Source of the DNA: Dimorphilus gyrociliatus
Lineage: Eukaryota; Animalia; Annelida
Assembly (NCBI GenBank): GCA_904063045.1
Contig: CAJFCJ010000037.1
Coordinates: 1 to 64,000 of the forward strand
Length of the DNA: 64,000 nucleotides
Direction of reading: 5' to 3'
Part shown: in pieces, positions 11,976 to 24,245 of the stretch
How the letters are laid out: each line of letters begins with the position of its first letter
Numbering within the stretch: the first letter of the stretch is position 1
Program-made: the position numbers and the translations under genes
Notes under the pieces: model-generated
Told to the model about the DNA's origin: nothing
The model's input: the letters and a program-made list of their open reading frames with translations, nothing else
Databases searched by the model: none

Positions 11976-12239
11976 CAATTCTATGTTGATAATTGAAGAA
12001 AGATTTAGCTTGATACTGGGGCAAACTGAACCCAAAAATACATCTAAATGATTAGTGTCATCATCACTTTGAAAAATGATCTGTCTCATGAATATTGATA
12101 TTCAAAAGTTTTATTTTCCTCTTATATAGAAGAAGGCTTTTATTATAGCCTCTCAAAAGGCTACAGTTGCTACTGTGCTGCCAAGTTCTATTAGAGGAAA
12201 TTTTTCATTTTTATTGTGCACTTCAGTTCGATATGAATG

Positions 12240-12630
12240 TACTTTTAGAAAATAGTAGACTTAACTCAATACTATATAATAAGAATACTAAGCTAGCCAA
12301 AGAGTAGAAAAAGATCAAACTCAACTATTGTTGACATTTGGACCAGTTCCAACTTCTCACATTCAATGGCTGAATTGAATGTTACCAAAATTGTTATGTC
12401 TTACAAAAGAAGCTGACTATCTAATTTTATCTGACCTAATTACTCAGGATGAATGGAACCAATTAAAGGCAGGACCATTTTTAGAACTTTCAATTGTGTT
12501 AAAATGTTACTTTGCATTGTTGAAACATGGAAATTGTGAACTGTTAAACTCTTAACCACTTGCTTAGAGAAAAAAGCTCAGAGTATTCAATACATATCTT
12601 CTTTGGAAAATACTGGCTTTCTGTTGAAAG
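12240..12630 (+). repeat. Family R-related copy (type B); inverted homolog at 29182-29530
   Basis: Shares gacttaactcaatactat, ggaccagttccaacttctc, aattgttatgtcttacaaaagaagctgac and caatacatat...aaatactgg with the 29.2-29.5, 31.2-31.6 and 34.0-34.5 kb copies. Confidence 0.6.
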
Positions 12631-13479
12631 TTTGATATAAAACTTTGTTTGAATATTATTTAGGATTTATATACAATATTTTTCAGGCCAATTGCAGGCA
12701 CATGTATTTTAAATAGCAATATACAAATATTCTTTTATATTTTAGTATTGTGATTGTAAGCATGTCATTCTCAACCAAAGTAAAATTGCATTTTTGATTT
12801 CTTCATCATCAATTCTTTTAGGAAGTTTTCCTGTTAAAATATTTTCATCGCTTCTTAAAACAATATGTAATGAACAGTTGTTGATTGTTCAACAAATTTG
12901 ACAAAATCTATATACTAATATTAAGGAAAAAGGTGTGAAATTGAAAAAGTATGAAAATTAAACTTACCATTTAAACGAATCCAATGAGTAGTCTGTTTAC
13001 ATAGAGAGCATACACCTTTTTATGTTTGTTAATTTTCTCTTAAAGGCATAACAGAGAGGTGCCATGTTGAAATTATCTTATGTAGAAAATGATTTGTTTC
13101 ACTGGCTAATGATTCTCTATTGTTAGAGAAGAAAAAGTTTGCAGTTAGATAGAAGCACCATGGGATTACAGTGAATTTTAGTAAAAGTGATTATGTATTA
13201 CACGAGATTTAATACATAGTATGCATAAAGACATATTTATATATATGTATGTGTATGACCCCCAACCATAATATCACATTTAACTCTAGACATCTGGAAG
13301 TTCTCTAACAGTAATAATCCATGCCAACGGCAATTTATACGAGTTACATTTGCATATCCTGCAAACCATTTCTTGTTTTTCAACAATTTCTTGATCATGT
13401 ATTGTTTGCTTAAGCTTTTCTATATATCTCATACTAGATATTTTACAGTGTGAATGATCCTCTTCAACATATATTTTCG

Positions 13480-14295
13480 GGAGCAGGTGAAACCGTACCC
13501 ACTAGAGGGTTAAACTGTACCCATTGTTAATTTAATATATATGTCTTAATATTATATATGTCTTAATATTATATATACAGTATATTATATATATATGTGT
13601 GTGTTTATTCTACCATCTGATATCATCATTTCAACATTTGGTAGACTGAAGTCTGAACTTTTGGAGCAATAGAAATTGGCTGACCTACTGTTGTATTTTG
13701 AAAGTACATGGATATGTAACTCTATGTGAAAACCTGAAAATTGGTCAGTGTTTGGTCTATCAATTAGAACAAATAATAGTCTTGAGGGTTGGCACAATAG
13801 GATGAATAGTCAAGTGAATTCAAAAGGCTCATTCTACATATTAGTGGATGAACTGAAAAAAGAGGGAGATTTGATCATTATCTATGAAAACATGATGTCT
13901 GATAAACAAATATATAGATATCAGAGAAAAAGGTATGTGGAGAGAGAGAAAAAAATATTTGACATTTGGGATGAATACAAATTAGGAAAAATATTAGCAG
14001 ATGAATTATTGCTACAAACATCTCATATATATGCTCCATAGATTTTACCTACATTTCATATTCTCTTTTTCTTTTCATTTTTTAGATAAATGTATCTTTA
14101 TATATCTGCCTATATACATTGTATCAGTATAACATAGATTTCATTATCACAAGTTTAATAAACATATACAGTATATTAAATAAAAAATGGGTACAGTTTA
14201 ACCCAGGTCAGGTTTAACCTGGGTACGGTTTAACCCTCTAGTGGGTACGGTTTAACCCGGGTATGGTTTAACCCAGGTACGGTTTCACCTGCTCC
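13480..14295 (+). mobile_element. Internally deleted Mutator (MULE) element, ~816 bp
   Basis: TIRs GGAGCAGGTGAAACCGTACC / GGTACGGTTTCACCTGCTCC; subterminal GGGTACGGTTTAACCC repeats; ORF 13748-14041 has the MULE C-terminal motif RTNNSLEGWHNRMN. No TSD seen. Confidence 0.85.
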
Positions 14296-14439
14296 TGAAA
14301 AGAGATACTCATTCAAGCAATGAAAGATTATTAGAGAGTTGAAGCAGGTACCATTTCTTTTTTCATTTTCAAGTTCCTGAAAGAAGAAATACTTTTCAAG
14401 GTTAAGAAAATGAATAAGGTAATACTGTTTAATGACAAC

Positions 14440-14530
14440 TATCACAATCATTTTCATCATTATTTTCAGGACAGTGAGAGTCTTCATCACAAGCTTGCTT
14501 TATTAAAATGCAATAATCACATGATCTACA
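14440..14530 (-). pseudogene. Isolated LDLa-module exon fragment
   Basis: Translates SCDYCILIKQACDEDSHCPENNDENDCD followed by a stop. Confidence 0.5.
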
Positions 14531-15022
14531 AAAGTATTCACCAACATTGCACTTTCATACATGTATCATCAAAAAAAAAATTGAAAGATTGAACCAGATG
14601 CTGAGATTTGAGTTCTGGTAAAAGTTGAGTATCTTCCACCAAAGTTGTAACAGTTTATATATGTTTTAGAGTAATTTTTATGTGTTTGTGAAAATATATT
14701 TATTGACAATGCTAAAACATTCTGCTAATAGAGAACCTAGACAGATGAATAACTGACCTTCAATAGTTTCATCTTCTTTTTTGAAAAGATTCATCAGGGT
14801 CATTCTGATTGTTTTAGAAACTAATCAAGGGGAGGAAAGATCAATGCTAACATTGTATCAACTCATTGCATCTTTGATTTTTTATATTTATTTACTATTT
14901 CATTTCACCACAATACAATGAAGACAGCAAAACAAATTCCTACTAGTTGAAGGAAAAGTCCTTTTATTGTTAATATTAATTTTTAATTATGAATTTCCCT
15001 TTTACTATTCCAAAATAGAGAA

Positions 15023-15200
15023 ATGATGATTGAAGCTAATAAATGGTTGAAAGAACATTCTAATTTTGTTGTGAATGGATGTGAAACTTTTGAAAGTATT
15101 GTAACAAGTCTTACAAAAAAAGGAATATGTACCATCTCTCAAATGACACAAAATTTTGTTGACAGACAAACTGCTCAACCGGTTTTGAAATGTTTCAGGT
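15023..15200 (+). CDS. Possible exon of an uncharacterised protein
   Basis: Protein-like EANKWLKEHSNFVVNGCETFE ending at a gt donor (ttcag|gtatt); no family assigned. Confidence 0.3.
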
Positions 15201-15467
15201 ATTTTATCAGTTTGTTTTTATGTTTGTCATTGAATTATGAAAGATTTCTTTAAAATATCTAGGCTACATGTTGACAGATTTTGATAACATTTCTTTCTCC
15301 ATCCTTCAATTCAACAAATACTATGCCTTCTTTGAAACCTCCACTTGGATATTTTGGATATTGAATGGGTTTTGGTAAACTAGATAAACTACTAATTTGA
15401 ATTTAAGTGAGCTTAAACTAACGCAAGGTGCAGGGATGGGTTTGGGTTATGGTAAAAATACAAATTT

Positions 15468-15572
15468 GCCCTAGCTTCCCTAGTAGCTTCCCCTTAGCTC
15501 TTTGTAACTGAACAGGTTTGATCATCTTTAATTTCTACCTTTTCAACTTTAACGCCCCATGGATCAGTTCCT
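15468..15572 (-). pseudogene. Stomatin/band-7 (SPFH) gene fragment
   Basis: [15 protein letters not shown], then after a frameshift PVQLQRA...EATREARA; matches the stomatin motif [37 protein letters not shown]. Confidence 0.75.
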
Positions 15573-18563
15573 GTTTGTTTATTAAAAATTTCACACGTTT
15601 GTACAGCAGTAATATGAATTACACCTCAATACTTTACCAATAACATATCCAATATTTTCATCAAAGGATAATCACTCTCATATATGAGCAGTGGTTTTTG
15701 ATATTTTCATATATTTCTTTTCCAATATATTCGCTAATAACCATAACTCAATGTCGTTATCAGATGCAGCCCAAAGAATGATCAAATATTCTAACTAACC
15801 TTAACCCTAATAACCAACAGAAAGCGCTAATGAAAGTTCAAAAATTTATTATTTGCCATAAGTCAACATCGCCATCAGATTAGGTCAAACAAATCTTCAA
15901 ATATTTCCATTAAACCTAGCCCTAATAACCAACAGATGGCGTGAATGTAGGAAGTAGAAAAGAGAGTTTAGAAGTAAAATTGTGGTTGTATAAGGTAAGG
16001 ATTCAAGTTTTTCCCTATACTTTTTCCAACCTACCATTGAAAAATTGAAAAGAGAATTGTGAATATTTTCACTATTTTTTGGCTGCTATTGTTATTACAG
16101 ACACGTTAAAGAACAAGCAATCATTAATAACCTTTTGTTGAAATCAAAATTTTGAATAATTTTCCTATTTTGCAAATTAACTAACTGTAAAAGTTATTTG
16201 TGCTTTTTGGATTATCTGAATATTCAACAAACCAAAACAAACCTTTTAAGGAATTTCTCTCAAAAATGAATTGCAGTGAACAGAACTTCTTATATAAAGC
16301 CATTCATTGATTGTCATATCACAACAGCATTTGGTACAGTCCAGAAATTTATTGAAGAGAAGCTCAATTATTACCTGATATATTCAAATATTAACAGTAT
16401 AGTCATTTCTGGTACAGTCTTTGTTACTCAACTATTCGGAGTCAAAATTTTCGATACACTTCTAGGGAAGAGTGTGTACCTAACTTTTTCTTTAACTGGA
16501 ACAAAAAAACCATAGGAACAGGCAGGACATCAAAGTCAGTCAGTTAGTAACCATTATTCTGAAATTATGTCCCAGTTCGTGATGGATACTTTGAAGTCAT
16601 ACCTGCAAAAAAAACATATGGGGAATGAAAGGTGAAATGTAGATTATCTGATTTTTCAGCAGACGATTATCAATTATCATTGTATTATATACAGCAACAA
16701 CACAGCAACATGATATTTAATGCTAATTGCAGAGAATGAGCCAGGTCTATTGATAGAGATGGCGAGAAAAGACAAATTTGTTTTAAAGATAGCTATTAAC
16801 AGCAATTGAATGGAAATGAGAAAATCCTACCTGTTTCTGCACTCTTACATTTAAAACTCTTTAATGCAATCAGTATATAAAATATGAAGATATACTGTCT
16901 TTTATATAATTCAAATGTCACATGTTCTAAAAACAACAAAGATGTAGATAACTAAAATATTAAAAGTTCATTTTTTAAATATATTCAACAGTTTTCTGAA
17001 TTTCATCCAATATATTTGGGTATGGGAGCAACTGGATATTCAAAGAATATTTTCCAATAATTCTGAAGAAAAGTAGAAAGTTAAATAAATTACATGTTCA
17101 ATCTGTCATCATACCTGTAAAGGTGGTATTTATGTATTTCCTTGAAAAAGACACTTGAAAAATTAAGGGAAAGTGAAATATTGGAAATATTTAATACTTA
17201 CCTCTTTCGAAATGTCAATAAAGCAATAGCTATGTTGGAGTTCGATTAAGCATATTGTTGGTCATTACAATCTGTAAATTATTAGGTGAAGATAACTTCA
17301 CTTATATACGACTTTTATTGATCATTGCATTCACTGAATGTGCTCCAATGTGTTTTTATTTAATAAATGAATTAAAATCTTCAATCACAAGAGTTAATGT
17401 AAGTTATCAGACAAATTTATTGTATAATGATACACTATTAAATGCATCTTTTTTCAGAAACTACTAAATGCACAAGACAAAATTGATAATGAAAAGGAAA
17501 TGTCATTGGAGGAAAAAGCCTCCCTAAAAAGAGATGATTCAATTTTTGCAGCTTGTAAAATTAAAACAGCATGGAAGGTGTAAATATTTAATTTAACTAT
17601 TACTCAAATTGACTCTTAGTTTTTAAAAATAGAATACATGCTCAGAAAAGTTGAAATACTGTTTAAGGGATGTGACAATCAAAACTCCAAAGTCCAAACT
17701 AATTGGAATATATGGCTCAGTTGGTTCTGGAAAAGTGAATATAATACAGTCTTTATTTCTTTTGTAAATATTATTGCTTTCCATGCAGTCAACTCTATTA
17801 TTAACAATTTTGAAAGAAATACCACTATATCTAAGTGCACACTAGAGAAAGACAAATAGCCATTATTGGGAAAGATTACTATCTAAATGGATGGGGTTAT
17901 CAACTAACTACGGCTTAAAATTGTAGCTCAATAGAATATATTCACAATAATCATCTAGTAACAATGGATGTAGCATAGTATCTGAGAAGAACTGATCGTT
18001 CTAAATATAGAAGACAGACATTGCCAATTCACATTCAATCAATCATTTATTTAGTGACATCCAAACAAATGGAAAAGACTGAGATATCAAAAGAAACTTC
18101 AATTGTAAATTGTTGGATAAAAGTTAATTTTAAATATTTCTATAATATTTTCCATTCAAGAAATTTAAATTTTTGATAAAGCAGATAAAATTTTGATGTT
18201 CTGGCACTAATGCTCTTAGTATATTTGTTCTATAAGTATCCAAAAATTAGGACACAAAGGTTAGACAGATTGGACAAAAAGTTATGAATAGTGAGTGGAG
18301 AAAGGAGATGTGCGCCTACCCTTGACATTTATTCCCATCTCTCATCATTATTTTACTTAAATTTATCTTCACTATATAGTAACTTGAAATACTTTACTTT
18401 ATACATTTAAAGTATGTCTATTGGAATCCAAGATCTTCTGTCTCAATTTGTTTCTAAGATGGCAACCAAACTGGTTTATTAATTAATACATTCTTTAAAT
18501 TGGTCAATCTAACATAGAAATATTTGAGTGTATATAATTGCAGTTGATATAGTCTAAAATCTA

Positions 18564-21500
18564 GGGGTTGACAGAAAACATCCATGAAAGAAAACATCCA
18601 TTAAAATAAATTTCATTTAAATATAAATATATGTTGAAAAAGTAAACCTTTGGTAAAAGAATATGTTAACATATACTTAATAAATGAAATATTCACAAAA
18701 AAAATCACTTAACTTTTCCTATTAGCTTAATTTTTTAGGAATTATATTTCCTTATGGAGTGAAAGAAAATGTCCATAAAATGAAAGAAAACATCCATAAA
18801 GTGAAAGAAAATGTCTATAAACTAAAAGTAAATATCCATGAACTAAAAGAAAACATAAATAAAAATAAATTTCATTTAAATGTAAATCTATATTGAAAAA
18901 CAAGTTAATAGAAAACTTTTTATATATGCAACTTTAGGTTTACCATATAAATTGTGCATTGATTATTTGTAAATAACTTTAAAACAAAGACAAACTTTTT
19001 TCAAGTTTTACAATTAAATGACCAGTGTTTTCAAGTAAAGTTTTTTGATATCAAGGTATTGTCAATTATTTCCAATAATATAATTCTGAGCAAAGCTGCA
19101 GAAGCTGGTTTGCATTAATTTCACCTGTTTTAAAATTTTCCCAAATTAAGAAAAGATCTTTTTGAATTTGGCTATAAGTCTTCCTTTGATGTCTAATTAT
19201 CTTTCTCTCACTTAAAAGCTTTTTGTACAGATTTATCATGTCTGCTTCCCTCTTTAACTCATCAATCACTAAAGAAAAAGAAACATTTTCTCCAACAATT
19301 TTATTCAGCCTTTGATGATAACCTTCCAGATCATTATTTGTCCTTATGCTTTGATCAAAAACAGACCAAGTCTCTGGAGACCAAAATGTATTTTTTATCC
19401 AAGTATTAGACACATAGTCCAACAAATCAGACAGTTTATTTTCTTTTGTCAGTTGATTTTGAATTTTAGTGAATTGATTTTCAATCATGCCATGAGGCAA
19501 ATATGGCAAAGACATAATCATTCTCATGGATTCCCAAGCTCCATCTTTTTTTCTAAATTCCCTGCTATAACCGAGTTCCTTAAACAAAACAAATATTAAT
19601 TGGATTGTTAAAATTTTAGAAATCAATAAACCTGAATTTTTCTAAATATTGCCTGAGACCAGTGAAATGAACATCCAGTCAAGACAGCATCAGGCATATA
19701 TTTTGTAAAGTTTTCCAAACAGCCTTTTCATAGTCTAAGACTATTTTCTTAGGAGCACAATTTTCAGCTAAATCCTTCACAGCTTAAAAATTTAACATGA
19801 TTGCTTATTAGTAAGTATATTTATGAAATGTTAATTCTTACCTGGAAAAGTAGTTTATATGCTCTCTTTTTTTTAGAAGACAGAAAAGAAAAAGCAAGGA
19901 ACTTGCTTAAGCTGTCCATTTTTTTTCAAAAATACATGAATAGAGTACATTTGAATGAAAGGTTCATTGGCAATCTTAAAAGTACCATCAAGGTACCAAA
20001 TTTTCCCCTTTGACAAAGCTCCAATTGATGATTTGTTGCAAAGATAATGATCCTCTCATTATTCATATTTATATCTTCTTTAAAAATTCGGAGGAATGAA
20101 TGTCATATTCAGCTCAAAGTTTTTATCATTGGGTACAATAGGCCTGTTCTTCCTTCTATTCCAATTTGCCACTTCTTTACAATTAATTATATTTGGTAAG
20201 TTTGAAGCACTAGAATACTTGACAAGAACATTTTCAGCAATTCTTTTACCTGAAGAATTTATATCACTAGAACAATTGTCTTTGATTTCATTTCTTATAT
20301 GAATCCTGGTTTCTAAATTTTTTATTGGTGAATGACAATGAATGTTTGTCCCAATTGCAAAATTGCTTCCTTTTTGATTGATGCTTGCTTTACATTTTCT
20401 TTTTTGCTTCTGACAGAACAAGTCCATACAGTAGTGTTTTTGTTTTTTAATTTAATAGTATATGAAAAACCTTTGTGAAAAAGTAAGTCTTTGCCCTTTT
20501 GACTTCCATGTGGCAGAATTTTAAAATGAAAATCGTCAGAAGAATTTTCTTTGGCAGATGTTTCACTTTCAAAAGATTCTTCCTCAATTTTTTCAGATTC
20601 TATATATGCATTTTGAATTGTTTCAAAATTTTCAACTTCAATTTCATTATCATATTCAATATCACTTCCATTAATGATATTTCCTTTGTCAACCTTTGTG
20701 TTTATACTTTCATCATTATTGTCATTGCTGCTCCATGATATAGATAACCTCAATTCTTCTGTGAACTCTTCAGTACTCTTTTCTTGTCCTTGATTATTGT
20801 CTCCTTTCTCATCAATTTTTAATTTTTCCTCAGTCATGCTGTTATTCTCCTTAATATTCTTTTCTGGATATTCAACAATTGCTTCTTCCTTCTCATTAAG
20901 TTTTGCAGTAGAATTACTTTTTATTGGTACACTTTCCGTGCATTTTTTTGGTTCATCAATTCTCTTTAACATCACAAAACAGGTTTTTTTAGTTATTTTA
21001 TAACAAATAAAACAGAGTGGTGATGCTGTTGATGAATCTGGAAGAAAAAAAAAACAGTAATGTTTTTCAAATAGAAGATAGTACAAACCATGCAGACATT
21101 TTATATGACAAATATGCAGGCACAATGAGCATTGGCCTTTTATTTGCCTACCAACAAATTTATCATTGCAAATAGAACACTTGTCCATTATTCAATATTT
21201 TTTCTAAAATATTGGAGAAAAAGAAGAGCTAAACTAAAATTAATAAATGAATTTGTCATATCATTATTATGATTATTTATGTAACAATTAGTATTTTGAC
21301 AATAACATTGAAAAAAATCTTCATTAACAAATAAAATTGCTAAATTTATGTTAGATTGATTATTAATAAAATAATCAATAAGTTTTTTAATCACAGAGAT
21401 TATTAAGAACAAAAAAAAGCTCTAAAAATTAAAAATTTCATATTACCTCAAGAGAGTGAAAATAGAAGAGGAAGTTGATATTTTGTATCTCTTTTCCTGA

Positions 21501-21768
21501 AGATTTCTTCATTTCTACCAGTTTTTTTAAAGTTTTTGTGTTAATTTGTTTTTCAACATATATTTATATTTAAATGAAAATTTCTTTATTTTATGTGTTC
21601 TTTTGATTCATGGATGTTTTCTTTCAGTTTATGGACGTTTTCTTTCACTTTATGGACATTTTCTTTCAGTTTATGGACGTTTTCTTTCACTTTATGGACG
21701 TTTTCTTTTGGTTTATGGACATTTTCTTTCATGGACGTTTTCTTTCATGGACATTTTCTGTCGCATCC
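18564..21768 (-). mobile_element. Mutator-like (MULE, Phantom-type) DNA transposon, ~3.2 kb, with subterminal tandem repeats
   Basis: TIR GACAGAAAAYRTCCATGAAAGAAAACRTCCAT at both ends; ~21-22 bp subterminal repeats at 18770-18860 and 21610-21745; internal transposase. No clean TSD. Confidence 0.88.
19066..21188 (-). pseudogene. PHD-like finger + FLYWCH + MULE DDE transposase, spliced and frameshifted
   Basis: N-terminal CSIC...CSLCLHICHIKC; FLYWCH-like KGFSYT...VWTCSVR...CKASI...HCH; WYLDGTFK, LDYEKA, GCSFHWSQA and RTNNDLEGYH motifs in shifting frames. Confidence 0.8.
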
Positions 21769-21809
21769 AAATAAAACATACATTCAACAAAAAATTCATT
21801 CTTCATAGT

Positions 21810-22535
21810 TGTACAAAAAGTTCTTACTCTTGCATTCCATCTTGGGATCTCCTGAAACTTTCGATGAAAGTTATTCGACTTTTGTCAGAACTCAGATCTT
21901 AGTGTATAGTTCAACATTATGAAAACCTAATCAGAAGTAAGGAGAGTCAAGAGGTTTGAGGAACAGTACAACTTACAAACTTACAAACTTACACTTCACA
22001 TCTGATCAACAAACAAACACAAGTACATTCTTTCCATAAAATACAAAAAAATACAAATGCAAACATAGATGCATCTATACATTCAAATATCACAAAAAGC
22101 AATTTTCACCAGAAACAATCTAAATTGCAAACAACAATAGACACATACTCAAAAACAAAAAATACTTATCTTAAAACCTACAAACATCAATACAACAAAT
22201 CATTTTCATACAAGGTAAGACTAAGTTAACCAACAAAACACATATACCCCAAAAAACATTATAATCTTATTTTTCAAAACTTACAAACATCAATACAAAC
22301 AAAAAAATAAAAGGCAAGGTAGGACTCAGTTCTAGAATTGATCCTAGCCTCCCCTTCAAGGTAGCAGTAAGAGAAGCTATACTCAGAAATTTTTTACATC
22401 ATGAACCAAGATATTGTTTTCTCTGTCAAACCTGTGCAGAACGTCCACACTCTTGCATTCCATTTGGAACTCCTGAAAATTGGTGGAAGCTACTCAACTT
22501 TTACCAGAACTTAGATCATAGTGTCAAGTTCAACT
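21810..22535. repeat. Dispersed ~100 bp repeat (21810-21920, 22440-22535; inverted part at 14590-14650)
   Basis: Shared actcttgcattccat...ctcctgaaa...cttttryCagaactyagatc. Confidence 0.7.
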
Positions 22536-22579
22536 TTTATTAAAACCCTAACCCTGTCATTATTAGTTATACTTTAACA

Positions 22580-22790
22580 CAACAGATGGCGCCAGTGCAA
22601 GGGTGGCCTGTTGTTATATTATGTAATGTTTTTTTTATGTTCCTGTGGTGAAGGGTATAAATTGATGATAATGTTCAGTTAAATTTACAACCTGATGAAG
22701 CCTCAAGTAGAGGCGAAATATTGTTGTAATATGTTTTAAAGTTTAAAATAAAAATTGATAAAAAGAAAAAATTGAATTGTTATTGAATAA
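22580..22790 (+). mobile_element. Probable Penelope-like element pseudo-LTR remnant
   Basis: TATAAAT upstream and AATAAA downstream of a minimal hammerhead, an arrangement known from Penelope-like elements; no RT or GIY-YIG ORF recognised nearby. Confidence 0.45.
22685..22729 (+). ncRNA. Minimal type I hammerhead ribozyme
   Basis: Stem I TTACAAC/GTTGTAA; core CTGATGA (+A); stem II GCCTC-AAGTA-GAGGC; GAAA; palindromic loopless stem III ATAT; predicted cleavage 3' of 22722 (AUU). Confidence 0.8.
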
Positions 22791-23069
22791 GACTAAGAGT
22801 TTGACAGAGAACTGAAGCACCAAGGAGCTCAGACATAGAGAACTCCTACCTATTGGAAAATCAGTAGAACCCTGGAACACTAACTAACCAGTTCCCAAAA
22901 CCTGATTAAGATTGGGAGCCCAGATCTATAATCCTGACCAAGGAGAACCCCTACCTAACATTGATTAAAAGTTAGGTATTACACTGGAACACTAGCTAAC
23001 CAGTTCCCAAAAACATTACCAGAGTTGTGTGAGTGGCCTAACCCATAACCCTTACCAAACCCTAACCTA

Positions 23070-23135
23070 ATTGATATGCTTCCCGCCAGGTGGCAAACAT
23101 GCATTGACAATAATGGGGAATTTGAAGCTAAATAG
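23070..23135 (+). pseudogene. Mariner transposase C-terminal remnant
   Basis: IDMLPARWQTCIDNNGEFE matches the mariner C-terminal consensus GIxxLPxRWQKCIDxxGxYF. Confidence 0.65.
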
Positions 23136-23277
23136 ACATACCTATGACATTAATTAACATTTAGGAATAAGCATATTTTGCAATTTTTTTTTAGCTGTTA
23201 GACACAAACAGTGAGAATTTTCTGGGTGACCCTAATATATATAGAGAGAGCAGTATTACTTGGGTTTCATCTAATGG

Positions 23278-23912
23278 TGTACAACTTTGGTTATATTTTA
23301 CATGCTTGAACTCTATTATTTTATGCAACATATACATGTACATCTTAAAACCTACACAAGAAAAAGCTATAACATTGGCCAAACATAAGTCTGATTAGTC
23401 AGCTTGAAGGCTCATCTTTAATTACCAATAAAGGTTTGGCCAAGTTATAATTTAATTAACTTGCCTAGGGTGTGGCCAAGTTATAATTCAATTAACCTTC
23501 CTAAATGTTGAACCTTGTAACATCCTCTTACTAAACATAAATATGAACTACACATTTCAGCAACTGTAAAGTGATGATTGGATGTCAGAGACAAACCTCA
23601 AAGTATATAAATCCTCATTATTCTCATTTGGCATGCAGCTTCCATCTGGACCCAAGGACCTGGGAAAATCATCTGGAAACAACCTCCACTGGAACCATCC
23701 ATCTACTCCTCAACATTGGAAGACAGTTTGGTAATTTGGCAACCTGCTATTACAAACTATCTACTCTGCTATTGAACTCTCATATTGTTACTTGCTTAAA
23801 TATTATTATTGCGAATAAACTGTTTTAATTTAAACATTTGTTTAAAGGTTCGAGTAGAACCAGTATTGTTATAACTTGCAAACGCATAGACTTTGCCAGC
23901 AAGAGCAGTACA
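23278..23912 (+). mobile_element. Solo LTR, 635 bp, 4-bp TSD ATGG
   Basis: TGTAC...GTACA termini; ATGG at 23274-23277 and 23913-23916; near-identical to the LTR at 5331-5873; contains TGATTGG, TATATAAA and AATAAA. Confidence 0.93.
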
Positions 23913-24245
23913 ATGGTATATTAGGCATTTATTAGATATAGTTTCTCATTTTCAGACAAATTATTTGTGAAATATTTATTTTCATTCTTTTACATAAATT
24001 TGCAAGTGAATTTCTGGAAGTGTTGGTGTGAGCTTTCTATATGTGAAGGAGGAAGTTTTCTCAGAAGAATAGAAAAGGCTGAATTTTGCCAAAGTTTTTC
24101 TTGATCCTGTAGGAGAGTAGAGGCTGTATATCATTGAATATAGATGTTTAGTGAATGATATCAACTTGATTGTCTACATATATTTTAAATATCACCTATT
24201 TTTTGGCTTATTTATTTAAGAACCCATTAGAAATTCATATTCACC

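Larger units (their letters stand above)
11760..12795. repeat. ~135 bp direct repeats (11760-11890, 12662-12795) flanking a ~770 bp block of TE fragments
   Basis: ggatttatatacaatatttttcaggccaattgcagg...aaccaaagtaaaattg occurs twice. Confidence 0.85.

Noticed and set aside
16276-18500. Scattered short ORFs and splice-like signals, including a GWG trypsin-like hint near 17890
   Set aside because: Could not be assembled into a coherent gene model or family by eye.
21610-21745. CRISPR-like regular repeats (also 18770-18860, 14190-14290, 28975-29125)
   Set aside because: Eukaryotic context, no unique spacers, no cas genes; they are transposon subterminal repeats.
21546-21902. ORFs with YGRFLSL / WTFSFSL repeats
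   Set aside because: Translation of the MULE subterminal tandem repeats.
23083-23095. CTCF-like motif CCGCCAGGTGGCA (and CAGATGGCG motifs at ~15930, 22580, 33850)
   Set aside because: This one falls in mariner coding remnant (PARWQ); the others are in repeats, and binding cannot be inferred from sequence alone.
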